Shown piece by piece: positions 1 to 15,200 of a stretch of DNA of 64,000 bases. Positions within the stretch are counted from its first letter, which is position 1, and each line of letters begins with the position of its first letter. A program made the position numbers and the translations under genes. This stretch comes from Phallusia mammillata. Lineage: Eukaryota. Under the pieces are notes generated by a model that saw only the letters and a list, made by a program, of their open reading frames with translations, was not told the origin of the DNA and made no database searches. The DNA is taken from the NCBI GenBank assembly GCA_965637545.1, contig OZ281497.1:13826001-13890000 (forward strand), in the 5' to 3' direction.

Positions 1-291
1 GCAGTCAAGAAAACAAAAACAAAAGAGAAAACAAAAACAAAAGAGTTCTAACTATATGATTGCATTTGTGTTTAAATAGTTAGTTGTTTTACCTTTTTGT
101 TACATATTTGGACATTTTGAATGTTAGGCGGCCATAACTTGGGTATTCTCATGTTGTACTGAGACTATATGCCTCATTTTTTGGACTAAAATCAGAGGTC
201 ATTGGACTAAATCAGTTTGAGAAACAATGTTCTGTTTGAATAGTTTGTTTTTGGTGGACACATTACCACCAATTTGTATTTCTTTCTTTAG

Positions 292-3200
292 GACTGTGCT
301 CAATGGTCAAACTGGGGAAGTTGGTCAGGTTGCAGTTTGACCTGTGGTGGTGGTGGAACGCGATCTATGAAAAGATTTTGCTACAACTACGAAGAAGCAA
401 TAAACGAGTGCGAAGGACCGGACGAGAGCATGGAGGCTTGCAACAATCAGGTAGAGTAAAACCGTCTCTGCGTTAGTTGACTTTAACTTTCAGTTTACTA
501 TAACAAAAATTGTTTGTTCAGAACTGCCCTGAATGGACAGCATGGCAGCAGTGGGGTGAATGTGATAAGAATTGCGGAGGTGGATCACGAATCAGAATCC
601 GCGCTTGTTCAGTGGACGAAGAAGGAGTTCTAGGATGTATCGGTCGATCATTCGACACAGAGTATTGCAACGGTCAGGTATGTATCGCAGTGTATAAATA
701 TTAGTAAAAACTTGTCAAATGGACACACCAAAGTATCGAACACGTGAACAACTTTCAACGTGTGTTTTCTCTTTCAAATAACTGGGGACTTCTAAGTTCT
801 AACTATAGCGGGTTTAAGTCCTGCTTTGCTGTTAAGTCGGTAGAAAGCTTCCTAAATTGCATAGGGTCGGCGCTGGAAATGCGAATATTTTTCTAAAAGC
901 TTTTTGCTCCCAGCTGTAGCGCTTACCGCCCGCAGGTATTCCAAAAACTTTCTACATGTATCGTTTACTAAGCCCTCTAAGTCTGTTTTCAAATGCAATA
1001 CCCTGTTTTGTTCCCGACAATTTTCGATTTTTCAGTGGGTTAGCCTGTAAATAAAACTTTTTTGTCTTTTTTATTCTCAGGCTTGTGCTTATTGGTCGTT
1101 GTGGAGTGAATGGAGCGGGTGTGGAGTTACTTGCGGTCAATCTACTCAGACAAGACGTCGTATTTGTGTGAACAGGATCGAGGGCGTACAAACTTGCGAA
1201 GGCGCTAGTTCGGAAACAATACAATGCACCGACCTACCAGTAGGTTTTTATTGTAATCTAACACTAAATCTAACTTTCCTTTGATCATGGTTAAAGAACT
1301 GCAACATCAATCTACAACACAGCGCAAACAATTAGTTATACAGGAAATTTAGCGAAAGGTCATAGTTAGTCGCCGAATCATGAAAACACTAATAGGTTTG
1401 TTGGATATGAGTGTATACCTTTACCTAAGTTAGGCAATATTTCCTAGTGCTGGCAATAAAAATCATTATTAACTTCCAATTTTACATATAATGTTTGGTT
1501 ACACATTTTGCTCTTTTTGTTTATTGTTGAAAGCTTCGCTAGACTCTGGTTTCTGTGTATGTTTTCTTAAATCTTGACTTGTGTTCAGAACTGTCCAACC
1601 TGGAGCAATTGGAACAACTGGTCGCCGTGCAATGTGCCTTGCGGTCAAGGAATCCGCGAACGCACCAGAGTTTGTAACAATGATGCAGAACAGTTTGGTC
1701 TCTGTTACGGACCCGACAAACAAACTGACATCTGCCAAGATCTGGTAAATCATCTTCAATTATTCACAACATTTTTTCCGATTTTTTTATTTTATTTTAG
1801 TTATCCAAAAAAGGCTCTAGTCTAAAGTTAGGCTAATGTCTTGGCACTAGGTGGGACACATGAAACGCCAATAAAGACAAAAAATGTGATCACTACGCAC
1901 TTATAAACCGTTTACATTTTTTAAAGCATTTTAACCAAAATTGACATTGAAATTCTGATTTCTGTTTCTGGGTCACAAAAAAGCTTAAGTTAATATCAAG
2001 CTCAAGTAATAAATAAAATTTGCTCAGGTTTGTCCATACTGGTCAGAGTGGACGGGATACAGTTCATGTACGGATTCTTGCGGTGGTGGAAGCCGAACAC
2101 GAACAAGATCCTGTTTGCCAGAAGGAGCAGACTGTTCCGAACTTGGTCCTCTGCTGGAAACATTGAAATGCAACGAACATGTAAGACAAAGTTACATATT
2201 TTTGGGCGCCCAAATATCGAAGTGATGTGTAACCTTACCAATTTGAACAAAGGCAACCTTTAATTTTCTTACACAATTTTGAGTTAAACGCTTTGTATAT
2301 CGGCTATTGTAGAAATGTCCAGAATGGTCGAAATGGACGCCATGGAGAGACTGCTCCTTGACGTGTGGATCAGGTGAAAGGTCAAGAATGCGTATGTGTC
2401 TGAACGAATACGGAGAAGGTGGTTGTGATGGTGACGATCAGATGATCGAGGTCTGCAACAACCAGGTATGTCTTTATTAATTACAAATCACTACGGGTAT
2501 AGCATGCACTATTGAAACAAACTGTTTGTGTCCATAGCAATGTCCATCATGGGCTTCTTGGTCGGATTGGAGCGACTGCAGCGAAACCTGTGCCGGTGGC
2601 GTCAGACGGAGAAAACGAACTTGCTCGAACGGATTTCCAGGCGAACTTGGATGTCTGGGCGACGAAAGCAATGAAGAAACTTGTAACCTGCAGGTTTGTA
2701 TTTACAACAAAAAGTAAATACGAAGTTGTCCGTATTCCCCTTTCTCGTTGCCTTGTGCACTGACTTTAATAGAAAAGTTAAATACAGAGATCTATGTGAT
2801 GGAAGTTTTAACTTCCACTTTGCTTTTAGATTGTACATTTACATAACTTCTGACACCTATTTATTCAATTCTGTGCAGCCCTGTCCTGAATGGACAACTT
2901 GGGGAGAATGGACAAGTTGCTCGGAATCATGTGGCAGTTTTGCGAGTAGGTCACGTGTTCGTGGATGCAGTAACGGTATGCCGGGACAATATGGATGTAT
3001 GGGAGATGATTCCCAAACCGAATCTTGCAAATTAGGAGTAAGTTTCGGGTTTTGAGCCTTTTTGTTGGGACTGGTAAATGACATGTGCACGTGTAATGCG
3101 ATATAGGTAAAAGAGTTTTTAAGTTTTGTAAGGTGCAAGCAAACCAGAACCGTTTAAAAACTAATCTACCACCATATAAAGTTCAAACAATTCAGCATGG

Positions 3201-6200
3201 TAGATTTTATAGTCGAGACTAAACCATACCTACACACATTTAAGGTTGCAATCGGCTTACTGCTGAGTGCAGAACAAACTTTTGTATAGTAATCCACACA
3301 AAGCTAGGCAAAAATTAAGATCTTGAGGCAAATATTCTGACAGCGTAGTGATTATTTGTCAATTTCTAGATGTGTCCATTCTGGTCGACTTGGGCGCCAT
3401 GGCAACAGTGTACTGCCCCGTGCGCAGGTGGAACCAGGTCACGTGTTCGACTTTGTGTGAACGGTCGCACCGGATTCAACGATTGCGAAGGAGACGTTTC
3501 CATGACGGTTGCATGCAACATACAGGTTTGTATTGTAATTTCGTACGCTCCGTGATATGACCTAAATATTTCATTTGCATTTAAAATAATTTGAAAGCGT
3601 GAACTATTTTTTATGTTTTAAATCAGAGCTTGTTTTAATTATAAATTAGAACTTTTTTTAATTAACCGATTTCTGCATTTTTTTCTAAATAAGAATCCTT
3701 TGAACACAAAAAGCAATTTTATGTATTGACTTAACCCGCCTAGTTGTACCAAACGCCAGTAAGTGGGCGGTACTGAGTATGAAAAACCCTTTATCAGACC
3801 GGGAAATAAACAAAGTCTTAAGCTTCACAATGTTTTTTTTCAGGAGTGTCCAACGTGGAGTCAATGGGGTGAATTCGACGAATGCAGTAATGATTGTGGA
3901 GTTGGAATGCAAACGCGCAACAGGACATGCTTGAATGGTTATGCCGGTGACGTGGGCTGCGAAGGGTCCGACGTCGACCGCATTGCTTGTGTTGGAGAGG
4001 TGAGCAGTTGTTTTTGGCGTTCATTTTTACCTTTAGTGCGACGTTTATTACCAACATAAAATTTGAAGCGCAAAATGTATGTACAGTAAAATAAGCCTTG
4101 ATTAAATAAGTTCTGATTAAATATGATAAACCCTTTTAAAGGGGGGTTTGTTTGCAGTTTGTGATCTTTTTGTTTGTGGGCAGCATAGCGTTTATAAACT
4201 TAATATACTAATAATGTTAAATTTTAGGTTTATTAAGTTCAGTGTATCTTGTAGAACTGTGCAACTTGGACACCGTGGACAACCTGGACTCAATGTACTC
4301 AGACTTGTGGCATTGGAACACGTTCTCATCGACGAACTTGCCTGAGAAATAGCATTCCTAGTGTTGGATGTAGGGGATACGCGGTTGTCGAAGAACCTTG
4401 CTATGGAACGGTAAGTTACGCGATATTATTCAGTTTGTTGTCTAATATATCATTTAAATCGCTTCTTATACGAAGTTGAAAAAAACTTAAACTTTCCATA
4501 TGAATATTTACTTCGGATTTAACCTGTGCTGACGAATATTGGTAATGGATATTATTTAATTAAGTATTTCGTGCCAAAAATAGTGGCTTGGTGCTGGACA
4601 ATGACTACAATTACCAGTAGTTAAACAACATCATTTTACGTTTCAACATACATCTACCTACTGTCTAACTCTAAAACATACCCATAAAACCCAAATCTGA
4701 AAACACTATAATTTTAAATGAACAAGTCGAGAACTGCTTAATTGTAACGCCTCGATCTGCGCTTTCGGTTAAAACTCTGCCGCTATATCCATAGTCTTTA
4801 TTTTAAAATATTGTTAATTTTCAGGCCTGTCCGACTTGGTCACACTGGGGTTACTGGACAGCTTGCTCCCAAACATGCGCTGGAGGTTTCCGTGACAGGA
4901 TGCGAGTTTGTATCAACGTTGGAAATGATGAAGCTGGTTGTCCTGGATCTGACACCATGACTGATGAATGCAACATATTTGTAAGAATCCCACAATTATT
5001 TATGTACTGAGAATAGTTTATGTATTTTAGAATGTTTATTTTCTTAAAACTTGACAACGAGGCAATGGAAATATTCTGTCGAAATAGATAGTCCAAAATT
5101 ACGCAAAACATTTGGTAATGAGTCAGTTGTTCAGATAATGGGTCACGCCTGTCTTAGACCTTATCTGAAACATATTTAAAGGTTTATCAAGTAGCTATAT
5201 CACTGTTATACTCGACTTGTAATAAAAATGAAGAGATAAAAAGCATACAAATTGACTTTGATACACATAAAACTACTTTAAGCGCCATATTTTTGAAGCA
5301 AACTTACACCTGATCTTTACAATAAATTGACAGGATTGTCCGACCTGGTCATCATGGTCCGAAACAGTTTCATGTTCTGCTGCATGTGGAGGTGGAGTTC
5401 GTGTGGTGACCAGAACTTGTATTGGAGCGGCACAAGGAAGAACATGTGTTGGTGTCAGCAGACGGGAAGATTTCTGCAATGCTCAGGTTAGTTCCTTAAC
5501 CGACAAATTGTTTTTACACAACCTTTACTGAAATACTCAAATGCAAGTGAATCTTGGTAATAGTGTTTGTTGCCAAAAATTGGGTACTTTATGTTTCATC
5601 TTTTACCAATTGCCTAAATTGCGTTTGTTTTACAGCCTTGTCCAACTTGGTCGATGTGGGGTCAGTGGTCAGTGTGTTCAGCCCCCTGTGGCGAAGGAGT
5701 TCGTTCTCACACTCGAACTTGTCTGTATGGTGAAGTTGGAGATAACGGTTGTACCGGTGACGTGTCGGAATCATCCACATGTTTTGTCCGGGTAATTTAC
5801 GTTCTATGCGTTACGCTCCAAAACGTTGTCATGTCTCTTCTTTTATAAAAAGAAATCTTATTATTTTCACTTTTTTAATATCCAAAAAAGTGTTTGTTAG
5901 TAGTAAAGATAATTGGCATCATAAAAATTAAAAATAGAGTACAATCAGTTTGACTCAACCCAAAACCCGGTTATTATAACAGTAAGGCGATCTTACATCG
6001 TTATGACGAAATATGTGGGGATTGTAATCTTCTTTCAACCTTTAGAACTGTCCGTCGTGGGAGGAATGGAAGGAATGGTCTGGTTGCTCTCGAACTTGTG
6101 GTGGTGGCAGACGCAGCAGAGTGCGATATTGCTTAAACGGGGATCGTGGAGTGGAAGGTTGTTTGGGAGATTTCGTGCAAAGCACCGCATGCAGCACACA

Positions 6201-9200
6201 GGTTTGGGAAAATTGTTGAATTGAAAATTATTATTTGTCCACTTGTGTTTATTTAGCAAGCTTTATTTCTAATTTTTAGCCGTGTCCATACTGGAACAAC
6301 TGGGGTGAATGGACAAGTTGTTCAGAGACATGTGGTGGTGGAACTCGCACACATATTAGGACTTGCAACAACGGTATCCCTGGTGATGCTGGGTGTCGAG
6401 GTGTCACTGAACAAACCGGACACTGCAACGTACAGGTACACTTCATTTGGTTTTCTTAAAACAACAATTTTCCGTTTAACAAACCGTATGTTACAATGTT
6501 CTAAGACAATCGATTTGTAAAATTTAATTACAAACATTAAAGTTTTGCCTTCAGTTGTAATGTAAAATAAAAGAAGCTTGCATAGATTTAAAAAAAATAC
6601 TTATATATTTTTACTTACTTATGCATATTAATGGTCTGAACTTGTTTTATTTGTTGTTTAGGATTGCCCGATGTTTTCTGATTGGTCAGAATGGTCGTCA
6701 TGTGGTGTGACGTGTGGACAGGGTATGAGGTCACATGTTCGTAGTTGTTTGTACGGAGTATTCGGGGATGTAGGATGCAACGATGGAGAACTCGCTGAAA
6801 AAGCAGATTGTTCAGTCGGGGTTAGTTGTCTCTTCTTTAATTTCTTGTTAATTTTGCTTAAAGTCAAAGTTTCAAAAATAAGTGACTCATATTGGTAACA
6901 GAATGTGGGGAACAGTCAATCAATTGTTTAAAAACGTCTTAGCAAACAATTTATAATTTTGGACTAAAATACTAAGAAATGAGTGATTCGCTTTTACCAA
7001 AAGTCACGCAGTAAAGTTAGGTCTTAATATAACTGCCATGCTTGGTTTTGTAAAGCTGTATCTATGTAGACCTTTGATTAAAATTACTCGCGATTTCTTC
7101 ATACCTAATGCCAGATATATATGTATCTAGTATTATCAGCTTAATGGGTGAAGTTATCAATGTGTTTGTTCTTTACAGTCTTGTCCCGCATGGTCTTCGT
7201 GGGAATCATGGAGTGATTGTAGTGAGGCATGTGGTGGAGGCTTCCAAACCCACTCCCGTGTTTGTGTTGTAGATGGGGACATCGCAATCGGATGCCCTGG
7301 ACCTTCCTCTGAGTATCAGACCTGCAATTCTGACGTAAGGATTGTGTTGAGGCTTTGAAAGCTACCACAATGAAAACTGTTTAATAAATAAATCTCCTGC
7401 CACACATCGCCACAGTGGCAGTTTTTAATTAAATTTTTTGCAAACTTGTATATTACGAACATTATATTTTCCTTTGCACTGATGATGACAAAAGCGATTT
7501 TGTTTGTTGGCTTTTGGGCAGTTTTTCGGGTCAACGTAGATTATTAAACAAAAGTGCTAAATCAAAAACCTTGCACATTTTTTGTTCAAATAAAAAAGTA
7601 GATTTTTTTGGTCTAAAAATCCCAACATGTGTTGTAGGCTTGTGTTTTCTGGAGCCCTTGGAACCCTTGGCGTCACTGTAGTTTCACATGTGGTGGCGGT
7701 AAAAGGTTAAGGTCTCGTATGTGTCTGAACGGAGAGGCAGGTCAACTCGGCTGTGAAGGACCAACGGCGGAAGAGCTATCTTGCAACACACAGGTACTAA
7801 AACTCAATGCTAAAACAAAGTCCAGTTTGAACTAAAGCGAAACATGCGTGGTTCTTAAACCTAATGTTTAAATATGTCAATTTACAAAGATGTTTCACAA
7901 TAAAGGTCGATTTTAAGTGGCTTTTAAAATTGTGTCATTAACAAACTGAATCAAAGTAATTTGATAAACCTTTCTATTGTTTGAGGAAAAAATTAAACAA
8001 GTGTTTGAAAAAGCTGAGATAATATAATTTTTTAAAGCTGCAATGGTATAAACGGTAGAAAACATGTCACCATAGAAATATGCATTTACGGTCGGTTGTG
8101 TTTTTTAGGAATGTCCGACATGGGCGCCATGGGAAGAGTGGGACGGTTGTAGCGCCCCTTGTGGTGGCGGACGAACTTTCAGGTCACGTACTTGTGTGAA
8201 CGGTGGATTCGGTTCACAAGGTTGCGAAGGTTCTTACGTTGAAAGCAACGAATGCAACACTCAGGTAATGAATCCAAACTGTTTTCATATGTTCATACGC
8301 TTTCTTATTTTAATGTTCTAATTGTTAAATTCAGGCTTGTCCGACGTGGACTCAGTGGTCACCATACAGTGATTGTTCGGTAACATGTGGACGTGGAACT
8401 CGATTCAGAACTCGCAAATGTTCAGGACTTGGCTGTTTTAACTCAACAAGTGAACGGAGAACCATCAGCTGCGTCCGCGGGGTAGGAGCATATCTTTAGA
8501 TATTGTTTATGTCGAGTGTGTTTGCCACAACTTATGCATACACATTTAAAGTTGTTTTAAAACTTTGCAAAAAGGATTTTTGTTCATTTTAAACCACTGT
8601 CGCAGTGTAAACGTTAATCGACGTTTCTCAAAAAATGCAATTGTTTGAAAAAATGCCGAGTTAAAAAGTGCGCTTGGATTGGTATTTAACCACTTAAAGG
8701 CGTTCTACGCTATAAACGTCTGTGTACAAAATTCCATGTGCCGAATGAGTTTTATTTTTTCCCAATACCACATCTTTTGTTTTGTTGAAACAATTGCTAT
8801 ATATTTAGCTAGATATTTTTGAGTGATTCCAGGCAAATTTACTTTTGTTTAATAAACAATGTGTTTTAATTCAGCAATGCGCCTATTGGACGGACTGGGG
8901 CGACTGGTCATCATGCAGTCGTTCGTGTGGTGAAACTGGAACTTACACAAGATACAGAATATGTGTGGGTGGAAATGCTGGGGATGCCGGCTGTGAAGGA
9001 ACTGCGTCAGAAGAAGGATTGTGCGGAGGCGGGGTAGGTTTCCACTGTGAACGATGTGCAAAATACAGTGTTGATATTTGAAACAAGTCTAGTTGCAACC
9101 TGATTTTTGTCTTAAGTGACCTAAAAGTTATCAAAACATGTTAGGCGTTTGGTACGAGTTCTGTACAACTAAACAGTTGTCTTAACTTTTTATTGCAAAA

Positions 9201-12200
9201 TATTTCCTGAACCCGAGTAGTCGGTACCGAGCACCGCTGTTTTTGATGCTCGGTGCTCGGCCGAGCAGTTGCACAAACTGGCCCGAGCATTAAGTTTGCA
9301 TTACTATGCCCTGTAAACGAAACTATTGCTCGAAAGGGTATCCAAGAACAAAAATCACTGTTTTATTAAATGCGTCAGATTTTGGAATAACGCGTCTTTC
9401 TTGGGTCTGTGTAGCTTAACAAACCGCTGGTCACTTAAGGGATCTTGGAAAGCTACAAAACTAACGTGGAATTAAGAATGTTTGTAACGTCACGACACAC
9501 CGACCGTTCTCGAGCACCGAGCATTAATGTGAGATGGTCGGTGCTCGACCAAACAGAACATTGACAGTTCTGGCACATCCCTAAAACCTCGCATTATTTT
9601 TAGACTTGCCCGAGCTGGTCATCCTGGGAGAACTGGAGTGATTGCAGTGAACAATGTGGAGGAGGAATTCAAACTCACACAAGAGAGTGTTTGAACGGAA
9701 TGGCTGGACAAAGCGGATGTACTGGTCCTTATGTTGAACAGAAGTTCTGCAATGGAAATGTAAGTTGGGATTCCAATTTAAAGTAAATTTAAAGCGAGTA
9801 TTGTTAAAATAGTCCTAAACGATTTAAGTATATGATGTCGAATTTGTCTGCTGCAAGTAATACAAACAAATTTAAATGGCGCACTGTACAAACAAAACCG
9901 ACAGAGTTATGGACCGCTTTTCTCGAAAATCAAGCAGAGTTTGTCGTCTAAAAAGTATGTTATTGATGTAGGAATAGAAAATGATTTCCTGAATATTTTC
10001 AAAATTACAAAAATCGTATCGATATATCTGTGTTTATCGACACACGCGCTTCAGGTTTCTCGTCAAAAAAACGCAAAAATGAATGCGATGTCAAATAAGC
10101 GCACTTAATCCATACTTACAAAATTTAATAAATTATTAATAATAAGTGAAAAAGTCCGATAAAGTACAAAATTTAATTGCGGAAGATTTCTCTAAACCTG
10201 AATATCGTGTTACAGGCATGTCCACACTGGACGTTGTGGGGATTCTGGAGTTCCTGTACATTGGCTTGTGGAGGCGGAAGCAGATCACGAACACGAGCTT
10301 GTGTGAATAGTGGAGATGCGTTGACCTGCTTTGATGGAGTGCCGAGCGAAACAGAAAACTGCAACTCATTTGTAAGTTCAACGAAGACGTGATTTTCTGT
10401 GTACTATATTTGCCATATTTCGTTGACTGAAAATTATCACACGACAAGCAAGTTAACCAAAAATGAGACAGTTTCTTTTTAACGTTTTCAGGAGTGTCCG
10501 ACTTGGTCAGAATGGCAATCGTGGGGAGATTGCAGTAAGGATTGTGGAGGCGGACACAGGAGTAGGTCACGTGTTTGCAATAAAGTCGATGACGGATTTT
10601 ACCTCGACTGTCCTGGAAATATTATGGAGTCGGAACAATGCAATGAAGACGTAAGAATTTTTACTTAACTTGTGATTCATAGGTTAAGTAGTTTTTCGAT
10701 AACTATGGGTGTAATGAACACACAGTAAATGTTTCGCTTTAGTCAAACAACCAAAACCATAAAAATCGGGATATTTTGTTCGGTGCAATGTTGTTGCACA
10801 AGTTCGTTTTTTTTAACTTGGCGCATTGTGGTCCAATAATGTTTTACGTATTGCAGGTATCTAATTTTGTCGATTTTCTGCTAAGAAATATATAAAATGA
10901 CCTTGAACTTGAAAGGCTTTTTAACATTATAAAGCAAGCTAATTAGGCCATTTAATTTTTTAGAAACCAAAATATTTGAACTTGAACTTGACCTAAACAT
11001 AACCTTTAAACCTGAACTTGACCTAAACATGACCTTTTTGCGATTGTAAAGCATTTTGTTTTTATGTACCTTTTTATGCAGAATGGGTGTTTCTATGCGA
11101 TTTTTTTAAAGGTGACCTTGGCCTTAACATTAAACTTGTCCTTGGACTAGATTCATACCTTAACTTTCTATGTAGCAATGTGCGGTGTGGAGCGGCTGGA
11201 GCAGTTGGTCGTCATGTACCGTCGATTGTGGCAGAGGAACTCGCTCTCGATCCAGGGAATGTCCCTCTGGTTTGCCGGGTTTTATCGGCGAATGTTCAGG
11301 AGACAGTGATGAAACAGAAGATTGTGTTATCGGGGTAAGACACCTTCTAATATCTCGTAAAGTTATCGGTTCGATCTCCCATTGTTTTGCACGAATTTAT
11401 CTCTATTGTCCTTCCCTTCGTTGACGAATCCAGACAACTAGAAATGAACAATCACATCTACTCTTTGTAGGCGCTTCAGGGCTGATCCCAGTTATGAATT
11501 TATGTTCATCTTATCTACTCTTTGTATTCATTTGAGTACATATCGAAGATATTATTATTTTACAATGCTTTATCTACAAACATGCTAATTTACCAATCTA
11601 GGTAACTTCTGCCTACAATAGAGAATTTCTGGGAAACCATTGTGAAGTAGATTCCTTACACTTTGAAATAACATTTATTACCTGAACAACATGAAAAATA
11701 ATTGGTTCCCTATGTAACTTTGATTTGAAGGAATGTCCGTTTTACACTGAATGGTCTGAGTGGAGTAAATGTAGTTTGACGTGTGGTGGTGGGGAGCAAT
11801 CAAGAAAACGGCGATGTGAATACGGAATATCGATAATCGACTGTCTTGGGGATCCAGTTGAAAGAAGGACTTGCAACAACGTTGTAAGTATACGCTATTG
11901 CGAAAATCTAATATTCAATTGTCATTTTACAATATTTTATGTGTCATGCACGTGGACTGTATCTACAAGTTGTTTTTATTAAATCGGTCGGATTTATAGG
12001 TAAACTGTTTTTACAAATAAAAGCTTGTTAAAGGTCACTTTATGATGATTGTTAGCGAATAAATCATTAGCACAAATTGAATTGAAAATCTCTTTGTTTT
12101 ATTTTGATTGTATTTGTTTCCGCAGGAATGCCCAGATTGGTCAGATTGGTCACCATGGTCAGTTTGTACAAAGACATGTGGTGGTGGAATTCGTACGCAC

Positions 12201-15200
12201 TCCAGAATCTGCTTGGGTGGAGATGAGAATGAGATCGGGTGTGTTGGTGCCACAGAAGAAGAGGAATATTGTAATGGAAGGGTACGAGAAGCATTTGTGT
12301 ACTTTTAAATCATAAAACTACTTCTAAGCGAATTGTTACAAATGGTCATTATTTTTTTTTCAGGTTAGTTTTCCCCCCAAAAAAATTGAATTTTAACTTA
12401 AGTACATGGCTTAACTGAAACTTTACAGTGTATACCCATGGCAATAAGCAATATACTTCTAATGTACATTGCAAACGTGTGCCTTTCTTTGTATCTTCAA
12501 GAAGTGTAATTTACTGTATACTTTGTTTCCACAAGAAAACTTTTCTATCGTAATGTATCAAAAAATTCCAACTGACTGGTATTTTTTAGTGTATTTTTTG
12601 TACGTATTTTTTCAATATTTATTGTAACAAATATTGTTCCCTTTGTAACAGGCGTGTCCGTACTTCTCACCATGGAGTCAGTGGGGAGGTTGCTTTGTGA
12701 CGTGTGGTGGAGGATCGCAAATGAGAGCTCGTGTTTGTGTGAATGGGGAACAAGGAGAGATCGGTTGTATCGGAGATGTTGCGGAAGATCAGTTATGTAA
12801 CAGCCAGGTTGGTGAATCACTCATTTGATTGTTGTCCTACTCGTATAAATACAAATATTGTCGATCCCATGTGTTAGCTTATTTTTTTAGTTTTTATTTA
12901 ATCTAAATTTGGTGTCAATTTTTCCTGAACAATAATATAATGACACTTTGTCTTTGTTGATACTTTAGACTTGTCCAAGATACGGTGAATGGGGAAGTTG
13001 GTCGTCATGCAGTGCCACTTGTGGTGGTGGAAGTACGTCACGGACAAGATCATGTCTTTTCGGCTCGTTTGGAATGATCGGATGTACTGATGTTTCCGAA
13101 CAAATTGATTCATGCAATGAACAGGTAACTGTAAAAACCTCGATTTACCATTCATGTAATGCTTTTGAAGTGATGTAGGCTCCACCACAGCGTTGCCTTT
13201 GGTTTTGTTACCAATCTTGTGCTAAACATCAAATCAGGTTTATCCTTGTATAGACTGTTACTGTGGTTTTTTAAAAAAACCTAATAAATGAACATATCTC
13301 TTAATTACCCTTGGTTTATTTTGTAATCATTTACTTCAATTCGTTTAATTACTAGGTTTGTCCGGAGTTTTCTGACTGGTCCGAATGGACAGAATGTTCA
13401 AGGACATGCGGTCAAGGTGAACGACAAAGAGTTCGAAACTGCATCAACGGTGAAGTTGGTGAACGAGGTTGTATCGGTTTGGTCGATAACGAGGAAGTTT
13501 GCGTGCGAGGGGTAAGAACCATTAACTTGTTGATTAATTGTTAATGATTGATTGTTAGTTTGATAATTTATAACATATTTTTTTTAGTAATTAACATTTT
13601 GTCACGGGCAGTAGGCTATTATGTCTATGTTACCTTTAATCAAAGTTGTTACGAAACTTGTAACTTAGTTTGGAGTTAGTAGTGTTTTATTCTCAAATAC
13701 AACCTGGCTGTGTTCTCCAACACGAATAAAGCTTTTAGTCACCGCCTCTTTACAAGTGAAATTTGTACACATGTCTAAGGCACAAACGGAAGTGTTAGAT
13801 TTTGCAAAAGTAACACTAATAAAGCCAGGATATGTTTTATTTACAATTTTTGTTTTTGCATTAATTTTGTTTGTTTTCACTTTTTCTTACAAAAAATTTT
13901 TTTAAGACCTGTGCATACGGAAACTGATATAAACAACTTTTCCTGCAGCATTGTCCGTATTTAACCTTCTGGTCGCAATGGAGCAGCTGTAATGCTTCTT
14001 GTGGTGAAGCGATCAGATACAGACAAAGGACATGTGTCAATGGTGATTTCGGCGCACCAGGATGTATCGCTTCAGACAGAGATTCTTCTCTTTGTCCATT
14101 AGGAGTAAGTCAATAACGCTGTGGTTTAAAAATGTTCAATTTAAATATTTTTTTCACTGACCTTGGATTTAAAACCAAGCGAAGGCGCGAAGTGTTACCC
14201 TTATATCAAAATATTTATCATATTACGAAATATTATCGAATTTGTATTTTTTAGCCATGTCCGTTCTGGTCGGAATGGACACCCTTTACCAATTGCAGCG
14301 AGCTTTGCAATGGTGGCCTCAAGTCTAGGTCACGTGTCTGCGTTAACGGAGGTCTTCTTAACGACGGCTGCTATGGACCGGCAATTGATGAGAGATTCTG
14401 CAACGGTCATGTAAGCATTAATTCATTTAGTGTCGCGTTTCAAGTAAAAAAATAATGTTTACAAAGACTGATAAACAATGTATTTAATAGTTAAGTACTA
14501 TTTTAGTAATTAATTCAAATTAAAAAATGTAAAAGAAAACAAAACTTGTAAGTTTCGTGTAAAAAACGTTTTGTCAAATTTTTGGACACAGCTATTGCGA
14601 AACCACATTTCAGTGCAAAACAAAGTTTTAATTTTAGTCATGTCCTTACTGGAGTTCTTGGTCGTCATGGAGCGGGTGTAACGCAAACTGTGGAACTGGA
14701 ATAAGAGGCCGAAGACGAACTTGTGTTAACGATGGTTCGGGCGGACTTACTTGCGATGGATTTGACGAAGATACTTCACTCTGTGCAACCCAGGTTTGTA
14801 TGCATTTATATTTCTTGTGCCCCCTACCCAAGATAGACGCTGTTAAGAAAATTACAGAACCTTGTAAATAGCAGAAAGAGTATCAATGTTGCAATGAAAC
14901 TAAACAAAAGTAGTACAGGTAGCTTTTTTCTGTTTTTGTTCAAAAAATATATTTAAGATCATAATATTTTCATCGTGAATATCTTTTGCCATGTTAGTGG
15001 TAAAATAAATTACTTTAATTTTTTGCAGCCTTGTCCAACTTGGGCTGAATGGGCGAACTGGGGTGATTGTAGCCTTCCATGTGGTGGTGGTACAAGCCGA
15101 CGTATCCGTGTTTGCCTAGCAACCGGAGGACTTCGATGCCCCGGATCAAGCGACCAATACCGGGACTGCAACGTTGAGGTATCTTTTAGTACAGCGCCTA

